A stretch of 8,458 nt of DNA, from the NCBI GenBank assembly GCA_008932965.1, contig WBXG01000067.1, positions 1-8,458 on the forward strand, in the 5' to 3' direction. The notes below the pieces were generated by a model. That model searched no databases, was not told the origin of the DNA, and saw nothing but the letters and a program-made list of their open reading frames with translations. The stretch is from Verrucomicrobiota bacterium. GTDB taxonomy: Bacteria; Verrucomicrobiota; Verrucomicrobiia; Chthoniobacterales; UBA6821. Shown here one piece after another: positions 6,997-8,458 of the stretch. The translations under genes were made by a program, and so were the position numbers. Position 1 is the first letter of the stretch, and every line of letters begins with the position of its first letter.

Positions 6997-8280
6997 ATGA
7001 ATCTTAGCGCTCTGCTCCACTCCCTTGGTAAAGATGCCCGTAATGCATCACGCCTCCTTGTCGTGGCTTCCAGTGCTCAAAAAAATGAAGCTCTTTGGAG
7101 GATGGCTGATCAGATTGAAACTGATCAAAAATTGATTTTAGAAGCAAACCGCAAGGATCTGGCGGCTGCTCAAGAAAAACAGATTCCTGAGTCGATGATC
7201 GATCGATTATCACTCAACTCCGATCGCATTCATGCTATGGTAGAGAGTATTCAAGCTGCTGCTGCATTACCTGATCCTGTTGGAAGAAAATTAAAATCCT
7301 GGAAAGGGGATAATGGACTTTCTTTTGAAAAAGTGAGTGTCCCTATTGGAGTCATTGGTATTATCTATGAGTCCCGTCCGAATGTGACCTCAGATGCTGC
7401 AATACTTTGCCTGAAAGCTGGAAATGCCACTATCTTACGAGGTGGTTCAGAGGCCTTTCATTCGAATCAGGCAATAGCTCTTTCATTACAACAAGGCCTT
7501 CAACAATCGAGCCTTCCAAGCACCTCGATTCAACTTGTTCCCCTTATCGATCGAGAGGCTATCCCCATTCTATGTGAAATGGATCAGCACATTGATTGCA
7601 TGATCCCACGTGGTGGGAAGGGACTTATTGAAACCGTCATGCGCCATGCTCGTATGCCCGTGATCAAGCATTATGATGGCGTTTGTGCTGCCTTCATCGA
7701 TGCCTCAGCCAATCTTGCCATGGCTCACAACATTCTCCTCAATTCAAAGTGTCAGCGTCCTAGTGCCTGCAATGCTCTTGAAACACTCTTACTACACCGT
7801 GAATGTGCTCTTGAATTTTTCGAGACCGCTGGCAAAGCGCTACTTGAAGCTGGAGTAGAACTTCGTTGCGACGAAGAGAGCCTGCAGCTCATTCCAGCAA
7901 AAATACAAGAGCAGTTCGCATCACAGCTTCAGAAGGCACGAGAAGAAGATTTTCACACAGAATTCCTTTCCTTAAAATTAGCTGTAAAAATCGTCCCTTC
8001 ACTTCATGAAGCTATCATGCATATCGAAGCCCATGGATCACACCATAGTGATGTGATTATTACAGAAAATCAGGAACATGCTGAAGAATTCCTCCAAAAG
8101 ATCGATAGTGCCACCGTTTATTGGAATGCTTCTACTCGATTTACAGATGGAAGTGAGTTTGGCTTCGGAGCTGAAATTGGTATCAGCACTGACAAGCTTC
8201 ATGCTCGGGGTCCTATGGGACTAGAAGAACTTACTAGCTACAAATATCTCATTCGTGGAGTGGGGCAGGTAAGAAAATAA
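6997..8280 (+). CDS. proA: Gamma-glutamyl phosphate reductase (glutamate-5-semialdehyde dehydrogenase, EC 1.2.1.41).
   Basis: The track ORF is 6985..8280. It shows full-length ProA similarity: IGVIGIIYESRPNVTSDAAILCLKAGNATILRGGSEA, IPRGGKGLI, QRPSACNALETLLLH (catalytic Cys region), the ProA signature AIMHIEAHGSHHSDVIIT, and NASTRFTDGSEFGFGAEIGISTDKLHARGPMGLEELTSYKY. I prefer ATG 6997 (MNLSALLHSLG...) over the upstream GTG 6985. The stop is TAA at 8278-8280. Confidence 0.95.
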   Translation: MNLSALLHSLGKDARNASRLLVVASSAQKNEALWRMADQIETDQKLILEANRKDLAAAQEKQIPESMIDRLSLNSDRIHAMVESIQAAAALPDPVGRKLKSWKGDNGLSFEKVSVPIGVIGIIYESRPNVTSDAAILCLKAGNATILRGGSEAFHSNQAIALSLQQGLQQSSLPSTSIQLVPLIDREAIPILCEMDQHIDCMIPRGGKGLIETVMRHARMPVIKHYDGVCAAFIDASANLAMAHNILLNSKCQRPSACNALETLLLHRECALEFFETAGKALLEAGVELRCDEESLQLIPAKIQEQFASQLQKAREEDFHTEFLSLKLAVKIVPSLHEAIMHIEAHGSHHSDVIITENQEHAEEFLQKIDSATVYWNASTRFTDGSEFGFGAEIGISTDKLHARGPMGLEELTSYKYLIRGVGQVRK

Positions 8281-8298
8281 AGACCTCTAGTTGAGACA

Positions 8299-8332
8299 TG
8301 TGAAATATCAGGGTTAACCCGCATATTTCACA
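8299..8332. repeat. Nested perfect inverted repeat (hairpin) 19 nt downstream of proA. It may be a terminator or a protein-binding palindrome.
   Basis: TGTGAAATAT (8299-8308) is the exact reverse complement of ATATTTCACA (8323-8332). The 14-nt spacer cagggttaacccgc contains the self-complementary GGGTTAACCC (8311-8320). No T-tract follows on either strand, so this is not a canonical intrinsic terminator. Confidence 0.6.
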
Positions 8333-8458
8333 CTCAATCTATTACGGCTTGTGGAAAGCTCATCATTACTGCGTTGGTCTCGAATTGTGATTTGGACAGT
8401 ATGAAACATACAGCCCGGCATCCCAATCCTTCGCCCGCCTTGCACTAATAAGCTTTGC

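Noticed and set aside
6918-7007. A 29-codon upstream ORF (MFITLMDSSLIDLLIYPLSTMQSGPYHES) overlapping the proA start, considered as a possible proline-sensing leader peptide.
   Set aside because: It has only two scattered Pro codons and no Pro run. I could find no alternative terminator/antiterminator hairpins in the 80-nt spacer.
7004-7858. Track ORFs 7004-7213(-) and 7673-7858(+) within proA.
   Set aside because: They are nested in alternative frames of an unambiguous proA gene and have no independent support.
8376-8386. ggtctcgaatt looks superficially like a tRNA/tmRNA T-loop (GGTTCGAAT).
   Set aside because: The flanking bases do not form a T-stem, and no acceptor or anticodon arms could be drawn around it on either strand.
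8410-8420. acagcccggca resembles the conserved ACAGAACCCGGCTTA element near the 3' end of bacterial RNase P RNA.
   Set aside because: The match is imperfect. Only about 130 nt of non-coding sequence lie upstream of it after proA, far too little for the 5' two thirds of an RNase P RNA, and no GGAAAGTCCGG-type P4 partner is present.

Overview
The window is gene-dense, AT-leaning bacterial chromosome with two divergent transcription blocks. I saw no rRNA, tRNA, CRISPR array, transposase, integrase or long repeat.

Minus strand, running 6159 down to 1, three co-directional and almost gapless genes:
- a DsbD-family thiol:disulfide reductase with an enlarged, ScsB-like N-terminal periplasmic domain;
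- an aldose-1-epimerase-superfamily protein (YeaD / glucose-6-phosphate 1-epimerase type) carrying a Pro/Ser/Gln-rich insertion;
- a large AcrB/MexB-type RND efflux permease that runs off the left edge. This gene is absent from the supplied ORF track because it has no stop in the window. I checked by hand that its frame is open from 1 to 2826.

Plus strand, 6159 to 8280:
- a small 4-TM membrane protein with a His-rich loop;
- an unresolved pair of tiny overlapping ORFs, one below the track's size cutoff;
- a clear proA (gamma-glutamyl phosphate reductase) with no adjacent proB.

A nested perfect palindrome follows proA. The last ~120 nt may be the tail of a convergent gene.

Shine-Dalgarno motifs are weak or absent, and TTG starts are forced or plausible for several genes.

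I do not see a recognisable defence, toxin or mobile system. The most system-like signal is the unusual cluster of ScsB-like reductase, mutarotase-like protein and RND permease (no membrane-fusion gene upstream), together with the divergent His/Cys-rich membrane protein. That reading is inference from gene order only.
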